Source: Trueperaceae bacterium (GTDB taxonomy: Bacteria > Deinococcota > Deinococci > Deinococcales > Trueperaceae). From it: a stretch of DNA of 64,000 nt. The stretch lies in the NCBI GenBank assembly GCA_965214405.1, contig OZ243956.1, positions 352,001-416,000 of the forward strand. The letters run 5' to 3'. Positions 17,392 through 28,202 of this stretch are shown piece after piece (positions within the stretch are counted from its first letter, which is position 1; each line of letters opens with the position of its first letter). A program made the translations under genes and the position numbers. The notes beneath the pieces are model-generated. The model saw only the letters and a program-made list of their open reading frames with translations. It did not search any database and was not told the DNA's origin.

Positions 17392-17754
17392 ATGGACGCC
17401 TGGGCGGAGGGGGTGCGGCTTTTTGAGGCGGGCGAGTATTGGGAATGTCATGAGGCGTTGGAACCTTTGTGGCTGGAGGCTACAGGACTCGAGAAGAGCT
17501 TTCTCGGCGGGGTCATCCTGCTCGCCGCCGCACTCCACAAAGCGAGGGCGATGGACTCGCCCAGGGGCGGCAGGCGCAACTACGCCAAGGCGTTGCGGCA
17601 TCTTGCGCTCGTGCCGGATCATTGGGAGGCGTACGGTTGGGGGGTGGACGTGCGGGAGCTCGAGGCTCGCGTCCACGCCGCGCTGCGTGATTCGGCCTTT
17701 GTGCCACGTATCCCTACCGTTGGGTCCGCCAACACCCGACCTCAACACCCGTGA
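17392..17754 (+). CDS. DUF309 family protein
   Basis: GVRLFEAGEYWECHEALEPLW...GVILLAAALHK. Starts directly after the upstream TAA. Confidence 0.85.
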   Translation: MDAWAEGVRLFEAGEYWECHEALEPLWLEATGLEKSFLGGVILLAAALHKARAMDSPRGGRRNYAKALRHLALVPDHWEAYGWGVDVRELEARVHAALRDSAFVPRIPTVGSANTRPQHP

Positions 17755-18139
17755 AGAGAGCCGGTTGACGTTACTTATAAAATAGGCGCTGGCGTTTTCG
17801 GCGAGTTGTGAGGACGCCCCCGAATTGGGTTCGCACGGCGACGGCCCCCTTTAGTGACGCGCTTAAACGGGAACCGCAAACCCACCCGGACGACAAACAC
17901 CGTGAGGTGGATAAAAAACTTTAGTAAAACGTTCAGGCTCTTGTGGGTAGATTTTAGCAAGAAACACGGCGACGTCGTTAACGCACCCTAACCCGGGAGG
18001 GCTCGAGCCTCTCCCACCCTCACGAACGGAGAGAAAAGAAGCGTCTAGATGAACTTTCAAATCGGGTATAAAGCCATTTTACACCTCTCCCTCGCCGCCA
18101 GTGTGACCTATTCATGAAAGAATTTTTCTTGACGCCGTC

Positions 18140-18169
18140 TTGACAAAAGGCGCGCGCATCGCTTAGAGT
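18140..18169 (+). promoter_or_regulatory. Sigma70-type promoter of the LacI/ABC/glycoside hydrolase cluster
   Basis: TTGACA-18 bp-TAGAGT. Confidence 0.6.
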
Positions 18170-18191
18170 TATCCCAACAACAAAATAGTTT

Positions 18192-18205
18192 AGTAAAAGA
18201 TTACT
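18192..18205. promoter_or_regulatory. Candidate LacI-family operator
   Basis: AGTAA-AAGA-TTACT palindrome just downstream of the promoter. Related TTTAGTAAAACGTT near 17920. Confidence 0.4.
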
Positions 18206-18303
18206 TTTGTATCGGTCCTAGAGCGCCTAGTTCGACCCTTGCGAAACGCTTCTCGCCCCTCCGGTGTCTGTTGAGGCGTCTAAGTTTAAGAAAGGTTTAG
18301 TCC

Positions 18304-19362
18304 GTGGGAGACCGCACAACCTTACGCGACATCGCCACCAAGGCGGGCGTGTCTCTCACGACGGTGTCGCAAACCCTGAACAATAAAGGGGCGATCTCAA
18401 AGCCGACGCGCAACAGGGTGATGGTGGCGGCTCAGCAGCTCGGCTACCAGCAGCGCGTCATGAACGCGCCGCGCCTCCACGCTCGGCTCGGGATGCTCAC
18501 GATGCTCGTTAAGCGCGACCCCGACGAGAAAGCGCCCAACCCTTTTCACTATTACGTGATGCAGGGCATCGAAGAGCAGTGTCGGCAGCTCGGGTTGGAG
18601 CTGCGGTACTCGAGCATCGGCGTCGACGAAAACAGCCGCGTGCTAGAGCTTCCGTCTGCCGCCGACTTACGCAGCGCGGACGGGTTTCTCATCGTCGGCG
18701 CGGTGGTGGAGGACGGCAGGGCGTTTTTGAGCACGCTCGGGGAGCGCCCGGTGGTGTTTATCAACGGCTACTTGCGCGGCGCGAGTTACGACCGGGTCTG
18801 TATCGACAACCGCGCGGGGGCCTACGACGCGACGGCGTATCTGCTCGAGCAGGGCCACACGCAGGTGGGCTTTGTGGGCGGCGGCGCGCAGGTTCACCCC
18901 AGTATCAACGAGCGGCGCGAGGGGTACCTGAAGGCGCTAGAAGACGCGCGCGTCAGAACCTCCTACTGCGCCGACAGCCTCATTTTGACCCCCGACTACG
19001 CGGCGGAGGCGGCTAAAGGGTTGCTCGAAACCCACCCCACCATCACCGCGCTCGTCGCGGCGAGCGACTATGTGGCGATGGGCATCTACAAAGCCGCGCA
19101 CGCGCTGGGCTTGCAGATACCGCGCGACTTGTCCGTCGTGGGCTTTGACAACCTCCACAGCGTGGCGCACTTGAGCCCGCCGCTGAGCACCATGAACATC
19201 GACAAGGAGTATTTGGGGGCCGCCGCCGTGCGGCACCTCTACGACGCCGCGCCCTTTCTCGAGCGTCCCAAAGTCTCGATCCTCATTAGGCCCGACTTGA
19301 TCCGTCGTCAGTCCGTGTCGCGCCCGGCCAGGAGAAACGGGCGGGCAAGGGGGGACCCATGA
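18304..19362 (+). CDS. LacI family transcriptional regulator
   Basis: HTH TLRDIATKAGVSLTTVSQTLN. IPRDLSVVGFDN, PPLSTM, LIRRQS. Confidence 0.95.
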   Translation: MGDRTTLRDIATKAGVSLTTVSQTLNNKGAISKPTRNRVMVAAQQLGYQQRVMNAPRLHARLGMLTMLVKRDPDEKAPNPFHYYVMQGIEEQCRQLGLELRYSSIGVDENSRVLELPSAADLRSADGFLIVGAVVEDGRAFLSTLGERPVVFINGYLRGASYDRVCIDNRAGAYDATAYLLEQGHTQVGFVGGGAQVHPSINERREGYLKALEDARVRTSYCADSLILTPDYAAEAAKGLLETHPTITALVAASDYVAMGIYKAAHALGLQIPRDLSVVGFDNLHSVAHLSPPLSTMNIDKEYLGAAAVRHLYDAAPFLERPKVSILIRPDLIRRQSVSRPARRNGRARGDP

Positions 19363-19413
19363 CCTAAGCCGTTTTTTGCCCGTCCACCTCAAACCCATTT
19401 TTTAGGAGGAACC

Positions 19414-20865
19414 GTGAAAAAATCGTCTGCACTTTTAGCCACACTTTTGTGCGCCACCCTGCTCAGCTTGGCGTCCGCCCAGACCACCGTCCAGTATTGG
19501 GACTACTGGGTCACCCAGGGTCCCGCCATCGACGAGATTATCGCCACCTTTGAAGCCGAGCACCCCGACATCGTGATCGAGAAAAACACCATCGGCGGCG
19601 GCCCCTACAACGAATCGCTCAATTTAGCGATGCAGAGCGATTCCGGCCCCGACGTGTTCGTCATCCCCGCGCCCGACGGCAACGGCCTGCAAGGGTTTTT
19701 GAACTACTACGATCAAGGGTACCTCTACAACTTGTCGCAGTTCGACGATGTTGACGCCTTTATGGCGGGTTTCCCCACCCCCGACACGAACTTTGTCGAG
19801 GGCTCGAACATGATCGACGGAAACCTCTACAGCGCGCCTTTCATGGGACCCGCCAAACCTTGGTTGCAGCTTTACGTCAACACCGACCTCTATAGAGAAG
19901 CCGGTCTGGTGGACGCTGACGGCAACCCGGCGCTGCCCACGACCTGGGAAGACTTTATCGCCAACTCGCGCACGGTCACCGAGAGTACCGACGCCTACGG
20001 CACCGGCTTCTCGTTGCAGCAGCCCTGGGCGGCGGGCTGGTGGTACCGCGTGTGCAACTACTCGGGCGTGCCCTACGACAGTACGTTGGCTGCTTTCGAC
20101 TATCGCACGGGCGAATTTACCTTCGCCTCGGATGAGTGTTACCAGACGGTGCTGAGTGATTTGGTGATGATGGCCGACGAAGAACTCATTCACCCCGCCT
20201 CTTTGAGTTTGTCGATTGACGACGAGGGCGCGCGCGCGCTCTTTGCCGAAAACGGCTTCGCGCACCTCGTGGCGGGCGAGTGGGTTATCGCCGGGTGGGA
20301 GCAGACCCACCCCGACTTTACGAGCTACACCGCGACGCACCTGCCCTTCCCCGGCGGCGAACCGGAGAGCTACTTCGGGGCGGGCGTCGGCGGTCAGTGG
20401 TTCGCCGTTAACGCCGACACCGACGTGCCCGAGGCGGCCTGGGAGTTCTTCAAGTTCTTGCACTCGCCCGAAGCGGGCGCGATCTGGGCAAGAAACGGCA
20501 ACGGCCTGGTCTTGAACACGCCGCAGCCCTACGATGAATTTGCCTCCAACGAAGCTTTTGAGTATATCTTTAACTCTTCAGACTTGGTGCGCACGATGCC
20601 CGAACCCACCATCCGCACCCCGGCGCTCGCCGAGGTGCAGCAGACCCTCATAGGCCCCTCCCCCGACGACGTTTTGGTGGGCGTGTTGTCGGGCCAGATC
20701 AGCGACATCGGCGCGGCCTTGGCCGACTTGGACGCCCGTAAGATGCAGGCGCTTACGACCGGCCTCTCCGACGCGCAAGCCGCCGGGGTCGACGTGTCGA
20801 TGGACGACTACTTATTCCCTGACTGGAACCCAACCGAAGACTATGTAACTGAACCGGCCAACTAA
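19414..20865 (+). CDS. Sugar ABC transporter substrate-binding protein
   Basis: Signal peptide ASA/Q. FEAEHPDI, GPDVF, LYVNTDLYREAGL, PTTWEDF, AAWEFFKFL. Confidence 0.92.
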   Translation: MKKSSALLATLLCATLLSLASAQTTVQYWDYWVTQGPAIDEIIATFEAEHPDIVIEKNTIGGGPYNESLNLAMQSDSGPDVFVIPAPDGNGLQGFLNYYDQGYLYNLSQFDDVDAFMAGFPTPDTNFVEGSNMIDGNLYSAPFMGPAKPWLQLYVNTDLYREAGLVDADGNPALPTTWEDFIANSRTVTESTDAYGTGFSLQQPWAAGWWYRVCNYSGVPYDSTLAAFDYRTGEFTFASDECYQTVLSDLVMMADEELIHPASLSLSIDDEGARALFAENGFAHLVAGEWVIAGWEQTHPDFTSYTATHLPFPGGEPESYFGAGVGGQWFAVNADTDVPEAAWEFFKFLHSPEAGAIWARNGNGLVLNTPQPYDEFASNEAFEYIFNSSDLVRTMPEPTIRTPALAEVQQTLIGPSPDDVLVGVLSGQISDIGAALADLDARKMQALTTGLSDAQAAGVDVSMDDYLFPDWNPTEDYVTEPAN

Positions 20866-20872
20866 GCCCGAC

Positions 20873-20905
20873 GACCCGGGCGCGCCGTGACAGCGCGCCC
20901 GGGTC
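20873..20905 (+). other. Perfect 13-bp intergenic stem-loop after the binding-protein gene (mRNA-stabilising type)
   Basis: GACCCGGGCGCGC-CGTGACA-GCGCGCCCGGGTC with no U tract. Confidence 0.65.
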
Positions 20906-20918
20906 ACCACCCGTCAAG

Positions 20919-22385
20919 GTGACAGCTTCAGAAATGGTTAAAAAAGGTTCTACACGTGAAGAAGGGCCACGAATGAAAAGAACAGCTCACTCTCAGCGCG
21001 CGGTGCCCCAAGAGGCGCGGGTGGGCCGCGTCTGGGATTTTCTCGCGCTCGGCGCGGCGCTCCTCATGGCGACGGCTACTTTTGTTTTACCGTGGCTCGA
21101 GGGCGGCGGCGAGACCTACCGCGCCCCAGACCTCCTGCTGCGCGGCGTAGACCTTCGCCGCGTCGACCACACCCTTATCTTTTTACCGTTTACGGCGAGC
21201 CTGATTGGCCTGTTAGCAGGCGTCGGCGCGGTTCTTTCACCTCCTGACGCCCGCCACTGGAAAGTCTTTTACGTGTGGGGCGGCGGGGCGGCGCTCCTTT
21301 ATTACGGCAACTTCTTTTTCAACAAAGACAACAGCCTGGCGGCGGTAGGCAGCTACGCGCAAACGGGTTTTTATCTCTTTTTTGCCGCCGGGACGCTTCT
21401 TTTTATCCTCGGCCTCATCCCCCGCCGCTTTCCGGCCCTCCCCGAGCACACAAAGCTCCACGAACTCATGCAGAGCAAGCGCTTCTGGGGCGTGTTGTAC
21501 GTGCTGCCGATGGTTATTTTGATGCTGGTGTTTACCATTTACCCGGTTTTTGAGTCCTTGCGCGTGTCGGTTTACAACTGGCGGGGCATCGGCGAGGCCA
21601 CGCAGTTCGTCGGCTTGCGGCACTACTTTACGGTGGCGAACGACCCGCAGTTTTGGAACGCCTTTTGGAACACGGTGCAGTACACCGCGATTCTGGTGCC
21701 CGTCCAGCTCAGCCTGGCGCTCATCTTGGCGCTCGTGCTGGACAACCCGCGGATGCGCTTTCGCACCTTCTACCGCACGCTTTACTTTATGCCCGTGGTG
21801 ACCACGCTGGCGATCGTCGCCATCGTGATGCGGCTTCTTTATCAGTCGGGGGGCACGGCCATGACGTCTATTTTTGTGCCGTGGCTCTTAGAGAAACCCG
21901 TCAACCCCATCGGCAACCCCGACACCTCGATGCTGGCGGTCACGGCCTTTGGCACCTGGTATTCGTTCGGCATCAACCTGGTCTACTTTATGGCGGCCCT
22001 GGCGACCGTCCCAAGTCAGCTTTACGACGCCGCCGAGGTGGACGGCGCGAGCTGGTTCCAGCGCGTGTGGCACATCACCCTGCCGAGCATCCGACCGGTC
22101 GCGGTGATCATTCTATTCTTCGCGATCTTGGGCAGCCTCAAGGTGTGGGAGCAGTCGTTCGTGTTGACCGGGGGCGGGCCTTTCTTTTCCAGCGAAGTCG
22201 TGAACGGTTACATCTACCGCTACGCCTTTGGCTCGGGGGGCCTGGGCGGCTCGGCGTCGCAGCCCAACATCGGCTTCGCCTCGGCGGCGGGCTTTCTGAT
22301 GAGCATGTTGGTTTTAGCCATCACGCTGGTGCAGCTTGCGGTCAACCGCTTCGTCCTCAACCGTGACTCGGGGGTAGAGAAATGA
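20919..22385 (+). CDS. Sugar ABC permease (MalF-type) with N-terminal membrane extension; start may be 20973
   Basis: FVGLRHY, YRTLYFMPVV, LYDAAEVDGASWFQRVWHITLP. Confidence 0.92.
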   Translation: MTASEMVKKGSTREEGPRMKRTAHSQRAVPQEARVGRVWDFLALGAALLMATATFVLPWLEGGGETYRAPDLLLRGVDLRRVDHTLIFLPFTASLIGLLAGVGAVLSPPDARHWKVFYVWGGGAALLYYGNFFFNKDNSLAAVGSYAQTGFYLFFAAGTLLFILGLIPRRFPALPEHTKLHELMQSKRFWGVLYVLPMVILMLVFTIYPVFESLRVSVYNWRGIGEATQFVGLRHYFTVANDPQFWNAFWNTVQYTAILVPVQLSLALILALVLDNPRMRFRTFYRTLYFMPVVTTLAIVAIVMRLLYQSGGTAMTSIFVPWLLEKPVNPIGNPDTSMLAVTAFGTWYSFGINLVYFMAALATVPSQLYDAAEVDGASWFQRVWHITLPSIRPVAVIILFFAILGSLKVWEQSFVLTGGGPFFSSEVVNGYIYRYAFGSGGLGGSASQPNIGFASAAGFLMSMLVLAITLVQLAVNRFVLNRDSGVEK

Positions 22386-23242
22386 ACGCGAAATTTCCTT
22401 TTGAAAGGCTCTTAAGCGGCTCCGGGCGCGCGCTCATCCACGTGGTTCTGCTCGGTATCGGCGCTATTTACATTTTCCCTTTCCTCTGGATGCTGGGCAC
22501 GTCGCTCAAGACGCCGGGAGAGTTTTTTTCCTTGGGTCTGCGGCCTATTCCCAAAGGCGAATGGCAGTGGTCGAACTTTACTGAAGCGTGGGTGACGGCG
22601 AACTTCGGGCAATACTTTCTCAACACGGCGCTTTTGGCCGTCAGCGTGACCGCGCTCGTGGTGGTTTTAACCGCGATGGCGGCTTACGCGTTGTCGAGGC
22701 TCAACGTGCCCTTCAAGCCCGTTATTTTGGGCGCGGTTTTCTTAACCTTCTTCTTGCCGTCGGGCATCTTCAATATCATCCCAATCTACGACATCGTTCA
22801 AAACTTAGGGCTCTTAAACTCCTTGGGCGCGCCCATTTTGGTTCTCACCGGGGGGCAGATGGTCTTTAACACGCTGCTCTTTTACGGTTACATGCGCACC
22901 ATGCCTCACGAGATTGAGGAGGCCGCCATCATCGACGGGGCGAGCGTCCACCAGCGCTTTCGCTACGTGGTCTTGCCGATGGCGGGGCCGATGGTGGCGA
23001 CGGTGGGACTGTTTACCTTTATCAACACCTGGAACGACTTTTTTGTGCCGCTCGTGTTTACGCTCTCAAGACCCGAACTGCGCACCCTGGCCGTCGGCAT
23101 GTACGCCTTTGTGGGCGACGCCAGCCGCCAATGGACGCTCCTTTGCGCGGGCGCGACCATCAGCATTTTGCCCATCATCTTCGTGTTCATCTTGCTGCAA
23201 GACCGGTTTACCGAGGCGTTTGCGGGGGCGGTGAAGACATAA
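22382..23242 (+). CDS. Sugar ABC permease (MalG-type)
   Basis: EIEEAAIIDGAS, WNDFFVPL, GAVKT. ATGA overlap with the upstream gene. Confidence 0.93.
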   Translation: MNAKFPFERLLSGSGRALIHVVLLGIGAIYIFPFLWMLGTSLKTPGEFFSLGLRPIPKGEWQWSNFTEAWVTANFGQYFLNTALLAVSVTALVVVLTAMAAYALSRLNVPFKPVILGAVFLTFFLPSGIFNIIPIYDIVQNLGLLNSLGAPILVLTGGQMVFNTLLFYGYMRTMPHEIEEAAIIDGASVHQRFRYVVLPMAGPMVATVGLFTFINTWNDFFVPLVFTLSRPELRTLAVGMYAFVGDASRQWTLLCAGATISILPIIFVFILLQDRFTEAFAGAVKT

Positions 23243-23439
23243 AAGCCGGGGACTTGGCAGCTTCGGTGTCTTTAACCAGTCTTTACACGCCTCGAGCGCC
23301 ACATGACTGAGCCAGCCCCGAATGACGCCTGCTCGAGCCGACAAACAGGGGGTAATAAACCGTGTAGAACGCTTCACAACGAGCTTTTCCAAAATTTCAT
23401 TGATGCAAATCACGCGACTCACAAAGAGAGGAACAAACC

Positions 23440-24105
23440 GTGAAACATAACCCGCTACTGACCTGTGGATTGACACTCCTTCTCCTTATCGGCTTCGCCG
23501 CGACCGCCCAAGACGCCACCGTCACCGTCCCCAAACTTTCAGGCGTCACCGTGGACGGCGACCTGTCCGATTGGCTAGACGCGACGCCCCTCACCGTCGA
23601 CAGCAGCATGACCGCCGACGCGACCGATGTGGCGGACGACGACGACCTCAGTATGACCGTCTACACCGGCTATGACGACACGCACTTCTATATGGGCGCT
23701 GAGATTACCGACGACGCGCTCGTCTTTGAGAAGTCGGGCGACGCGATTGCCGACAACGACGCTGTCGAGTTTTGGCTCAACGCCAACCAGTACGGCGTGG
23801 CCTTGGTCGAGGGGCAGCCGGTGTTGCACCAGTGGCTCTTTTCGGGGAGTGAGAGCGACTTGTCCGGCGCGGAGGTCGCCTTTGAATATACCGACGCGGG
23901 GTACATCATCGAGGTGAGCGTGCCCTTGGAGGTCTTGGCTGGCGCCACCGAGACGAACGCGCAGGCGGGGACAACGTTCCCCTTCGCGGTCGGCGCGGAC
24001 GACGCCGACGAAGAGGGCGGCGCGCGCTTGGGTCAGGTTTACTACCCCACCACCTGGACCTGGAACGAGCCGGACACCTACGCGACGGCCACCTTAGGCG
24101 AGTAA
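23440..24105 (+). CDS. Secreted CBM9/DOMON-like sugar-binding protein
   Basis: Signal peptide. VDGDLSDW, YDDTHFYMGAEITDD, DAVEFW, GYIIEVSVPL. Confidence 0.8.
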   Translation: MKHNPLLTCGLTLLLLIGFAATAQDATVTVPKLSGVTVDGDLSDWLDATPLTVDSSMTADATDVADDDDLSMTVYTGYDDTHFYMGAEITDDALVFEKSGDAIADNDAVEFWLNANQYGVALVEGQPVLHQWLFSGSESDLSGAEVAFEYTDAGYIIEVSVPLEVLAGATETNAQAGTTFPFAVGADDADEEGGARLGQVYYPTTWTWNEPDTYATATLGE

Positions 24106-24106
24106 G

Positions 24107-26908
24107 ATGCGGACCTTTGCCTTTAACCGAGTCATCTTCAACAGGACCAGCGGCGCACGCCGCTGGCTCCTGGTCACCCTATGTTGCCTCTTTATCCTGC
24201 CGCACGGTTTGGCGCAAGAAGACGCAGTCTCGAGTGATTTTGAAACGCAGGCCGAGGGTTGGAACGTGACGCTGCTCAACGACGCGGCGGCGCAGGGGAG
24301 CGCAACAAACGGCGAATACTGTCTGGACGTGACAAACGGCGGGCCGGACGTGTGGAGCGTGCAGCTTGAACACGGAGGGTTTGGTTTGGAGTCCGGCCAG
24401 ACCTACACCCTGTCTTTTGACGCCTACGCCTCGAGGGAGCGCGGTTTACGCGTCGCCGTGGGCGCGGTGGATTCGTCCGACAACGCTTACGGGGAAAGCT
24501 TAGACCTCACCACCGACAAACAAACCTTTACGAACACCTTTACCGCCGAGGACGGCGCGGCAGAGGCCGACCTCACCTTCTACAGCGGGGGCAAACGCGG
24601 CGAAGAGCATAGGGCGGCGACGGTTTGTTTCGACAACGTGAGTTTGAGTGCGGGCGCGGTCGAGGTGGGCGAAAACCTCCTCCAGAATCCGGGCTTCGGC
24701 GAGGGCGACGTGGGTTGGTCGCTCGGGGCCGACGCGCCCGCCGAGGCGAGCGGCGACGTTTCCGACGGGGCCTACTGCGCCGCCGTCAATGCGAGCGGGG
24801 AAAACCCCTGGAACGTCGCGCTGCGTCAGGCGGAACTGAACGTCGAGAGCGGCAAAACCTACACCCTCTCGTTTGACGCCTACGCCGACAAACCCGCTCA
24901 GGTCGGGGTGAAAATCGGTCAAACGCGCGAGCCTTATACCGAATACTTTTACCAGGCGCAAGCTATCGGCACCGAGCCGCAAACCTACACCCTGGACGCC
25001 GAGATGACCGCGAGCGATCCGGCGGCGCAGCTCGAGCTTTTCCTGGGCGGCCCCCTGAACCCGGACACCCCGGTGACTGTCTGCTTCGACAACTTCACCC
25101 TGGCTGAGGTCACGGTAACGGGTAACGCGCGCGAGATTCCTTACATCATGGTCGACCAGTTCGGCTACCGCCCTAATGACACCAAGGTCGCGGTGCTCAT
25201 CGACCCGCAAGAAGGCTTTAACGCCGAGGATGAATATGTGCCGGGGGATGTGCTCGAGGTCCGGAAGGTTGACGGCGACGAAACCGTCTTCTCCGGCGCT
25301 CCCGAAGCCTGGCAGGGCGGGGCGGTGCAAGAAACCTCCGGCGACCGGGGCTGGTGGTTCGACTTTTCCGAGGTGAGCGAGCCGGGGAGCTACTACGTTT
25401 ACGACGTCGAAAAAGACGCGCGTTCTTACGAGTTTGAGGTTGCCGAGGACGTTTACAACGAGGTGTTAAAAACCGCCACGCGCATGTTTTATTACAACCG
25501 CGCCAACATGGCGAAAGAAGAGCCCTTCGCCGACCCCCGCTGGACGGACGAGGTCTCGTTTATGGGTCCGGGTCAGGACACCGAGGCGCGCTTTGTTGAG
25601 GACAAAGAGAACCCAGACACCGCTCGAGACCTCTCCGGCGGCTGGTTCGACGCGGGCGACTACAACAAATACGTGACTTTCGCGCAAACGCCCGTCCACA
25701 TGCTGCTGACCGCTTATGAGCAGACCCCCGACGCTTTCACCGACGACTTCAACATCCCCGAATCGGGCAACGGGCTTCCCGACCTCATAGACGAACTTCT
25801 GTGGGAATTTGACTGGCTCAAAAAGATGCAAGTCGAGGACGGCGGCGTCATTATTAAAGTGGGCAACATCGACTACAACAGCGTCTCGCCCCCCTCACAA
25901 GACCCGCGGCCCCGCTACTACGCGCCCGTCTGCTCCTCGTCGAGCATCGCCGCTGCCAGCATGTTCGCGCACGGGGCGCTCGTGTTCGGAGGGTTTGAGG
26001 AGCTGGCAGACTACGCCGCTGATTTGGAGGGCCGCGCGGTGCGCGCCTACGACTGGTACGTGAACAACCCCCGCCGCGAAGACTGCGACACGGGTGAGAT
26101 TAAAGCGGGCGACGCCGACCTGACGTTGATCCAGCAAGACGCGACTCAGGCGGTGGCCGCCGTGTACCTCTACGCCCTCACGGGTGAGCAGGTGTATCAG
26201 GAGGCGCTCGAGAACACCTACCGGACGACTCGAGCCTTTAGCGACAGCGACGCGCTCAGGTGGTCGATGTACAACCCCGACCAGGGCGACGCGCTGCTGT
26301 ACTACACGACTTTAGAGGACGCCGACGCTGAGCTCGCGCAGACGATTTTGGACGCGAAGCAAGAGCAAGCCACTTTGACCTCCGCCGAACTTTACGGATT
26401 CCAGCCCGACCAGGACCTCTACCGCGCTTTCCTTCCCGAGACGTCCTACCACTGGGGCAGCAACTTCGTCCGCTCGGCATTAGGCAACACCAACCTCGAC
26501 ATGCTCCACTACGACTTGAACGCCGGTGCAGGAGAGAGTTACCGAAAGAGAGCCTTGGGCATCGTTCACTACTTCCACGGCGTTAACCCCCTCAACATGG
26601 TTTACCTAACGAATATGGTTGAATACGGCGCGGAGTATTCGGCCAACGAAATCTGGCACGACTGGTTCCACGACGGCTCTGTCTGGGACGACGCGCTCAC
26701 CTCGGAACGGGGTCCGGCGCCAGGCTACGTGCCAGGTGGCCCGAACGCGGCTTACTCGGGTCAAGCCGCGCCCCCCGTGGGTGAGCCCGCGCAAAAGGTC
26801 TACCGCGACTGGAACACCGGCTCCGGCTTGCCCTGGGAAATCACCGAGCCCGCTATCTATTACCAGGCGGCGTACGTTAAGCTGTTGTCGAACTTCGTGG
26901 CGAAGTAA
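24107..26908 (+). CDS. Secreted GH9 endoglucanase/cellulase, CBM4-CBM4-Ig-GH9
   Basis: Two CBM4_9 repeats (GQTYTLSFDAYAS, GKTYTLSFDAYAD). VDQFGYRP Ig-like domain. Catalytic GGWFDAGDYNKY and WEITEPAIYYQA. Confidence 0.93.
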   Translation: MRTFAFNRVIFNRTSGARRWLLVTLCCLFILPHGLAQEDAVSSDFETQAEGWNVTLLNDAAAQGSATNGEYCLDVTNGGPDVWSVQLEHGGFGLESGQTYTLSFDAYASRERGLRVAVGAVDSSDNAYGESLDLTTDKQTFTNTFTAEDGAAEADLTFYSGGKRGEEHRAATVCFDNVSLSAGAVEVGENLLQNPGFGEGDVGWSLGADAPAEASGDVSDGAYCAAVNASGENPWNVALRQAELNVESGKTYTLSFDAYADKPAQVGVKIGQTREPYTEYFYQAQAIGTEPQTYTLDAEMTASDPAAQLELFLGGPLNPDTPVTVCFDNFTLAEVTVTGNAREIPYIMVDQFGYRPNDTKVAVLIDPQEGFNAEDEYVPGDVLEVRKVDGDETVFSGAPEAWQGGAVQETSGDRGWWFDFSEVSEPGSYYVYDVEKDARSYEFEVAEDVYNEVLKTATRMFYYNRANMAKEEPFADPRWTDEVSFMGPGQDTEARFVEDKENPDTARDLSGGWFDAGDYNKYVTFAQTPVHMLLTAYEQTPDAFTDDFNIPESGNGLPDLIDELLWEFDWLKKMQVEDGGVIIKVGNIDYNSVSPPSQDPRPRYYAPVCSSSSIAAASMFAHGALVFGGFEELADYAADLEGRAVRAYDWYVNNPRREDCDTGEIKAGDADLTLIQQDATQAVAAVYLYALTGEQVYQEALENTYRTTRAFSDSDALRWSMYNPDQGDALLYYTTLEDADAELAQTILDAKQEQATLTSAELYGFQPDQDLYRAFLPETSYHWGSNFVRSALGNTNLDMLHYDLNAGAGESYRKRALGIVHYFHGVNPLNMVYLTNMVEYGAEYSANEIWHDWFHDGSVWDDALTSERGPAPGYVPGGPNAAYSGQAAPPVGEPAQKVYRDWNTGSGLPWEITEPAIYYQAAYVKLLSNFVAK

Positions 26909-27049
26909 CGTGGAGTGCAGCAGGTGTCACTCTGAGCAAGATTCGGCCTGCACAAGACGATACCTGCTGTGACACCTGGTTGTGACACTTGATGCAGTCG
27001 AAACCCGCTATGAAACTTTCAGGAGACCTACACGTGCGTAAAGAAGCTT

Positions 27050-28159
27050 ATGAGTAAAGACACCTACAAAGTCGGGCTGATTGGCTGCGGCACCATCTCG
27101 GACGCCTATATCAGGGGCTTGCGGGTGTTCCCGTGGCTCGAGGTAACCGCCCTGAGCGACATCGACCTGGGCCGCGCCGAGGCCAAGGCAGAAAAGTACG
27201 GCGTCGCCAAAGGCTATTCGGTCGAAGAATTTTTGGCCGATGACGCGGTTGACATCGCCATCAACCTGACCGTCCCCACCGTCCACGCCGAGGTGAGTTT
27301 GAACGCGCTTCATGCGGGCAAGCACGTCTACAGCGAGAAGCCTCTGGCGATCACGTGCGAGGACGGCAAGGCGATGCTTGACGCGGCGGAGGCCAAGAAC
27401 TTACGCCTCGGCTGCGCCCCAGACACCTTTATGGGCGGCGGCATCCAGACCTGCCGCCAGCTTTTAGACGAGGGCGCGATTGGCGAGCCGCTCTCGGCGA
27501 GCGCGTTTATGCTCGGTCACGGCGTCGAGACCTGGCACCCGAGCCCGTTCTTTTTCTTCCAGTACGGCGGGCATCCTCTGTTTGACATGGGACCCTACTA
27601 CCTCACCGCGCTCATCAACCTGCTTGGCCCCGTGGGGTCGGTCGTCGGCATGACCACGACGGGGATACCGGAGCGCACCGTCTCGAGCGAGCCCCACGCG
27701 GGCACGGTGATTACGGTGGACGCGCCGGTCCACGCGACGGCGCTGTTAGAGCTGGCCTCCGGCAAACCTGTCACCATGATCGTCAGCGGCGAGGTGGTCG
27801 CCTCGGACCTGCCCCGCATCGAAATTTACGGCAGCGAGGGGACTTTAAGCGTGCCCGACCCCAACACCTTTGACGGCCCGGTGCGCCTCAAGAAAAAGGG
27901 CGATAAAACCTGGCAAGACGTGCCGCTTACGCACAGCTACTCCGGCTACGACCGTGGTTTAGGCGTGGCCGACATGGCCTACGCCCTGCGCTCCGGTAGA
28001 CCCCACCGCGCCAGCGGGAGGTTGGCGTACCACGTGTTAGACACGCTACAGTCCGTCCAGGACGCCTCGGACGCGCGGCGCTTTGTCGAGGTAACGAGCA
28101 CCTGCGAGCGCCCCGCCCCCTTGCCGCCGGGTTTGCAAGTGGGCGAGCTGGACGATTAG
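27050..28159 (+). CDS. Gfo/Idh/MocA family oxidoreductase
   Basis: GLIGCGTIS, GKHVYSEKP, GCAPDTF, DMGPYY. Confidence 0.93.
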   Translation: MSKDTYKVGLIGCGTISDAYIRGLRVFPWLEVTALSDIDLGRAEAKAEKYGVAKGYSVEEFLADDAVDIAINLTVPTVHAEVSLNALHAGKHVYSEKPLAITCEDGKAMLDAAEAKNLRLGCAPDTFMGGGIQTCRQLLDEGAIGEPLSASAFMLGHGVETWHPSPFFFFQYGGHPLFDMGPYYLTALINLLGPVGSVVGMTTTGIPERTVSSEPHAGTVITVDAPVHATALLELASGKPVTMIVSGEVVASDLPRIEIYGSEGTLSVPDPNTFDGPVRLKKKGDKTWQDVPLTHSYSGYDRGLGVADMAYALRSGRPHRASGRLAYHVLDTLQSVQDASDARRFVEVTSTCERPAPLPPGLQVGELDD

Positions 28160-28202
28160 CTGGGTGTCAAACTCAAACTTTAGTGACCTTTAGGAGCCAT
28201 AT

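Noticed and set aside
24107..26908. A true cellulosome linking the GH9 to the cohesin-like lipoprotein
   Set aside because: The GH9, GH2 and CBM9-like proteins show no dockerin repeat, and the only dockerin seen is on the matrixin-like protein.
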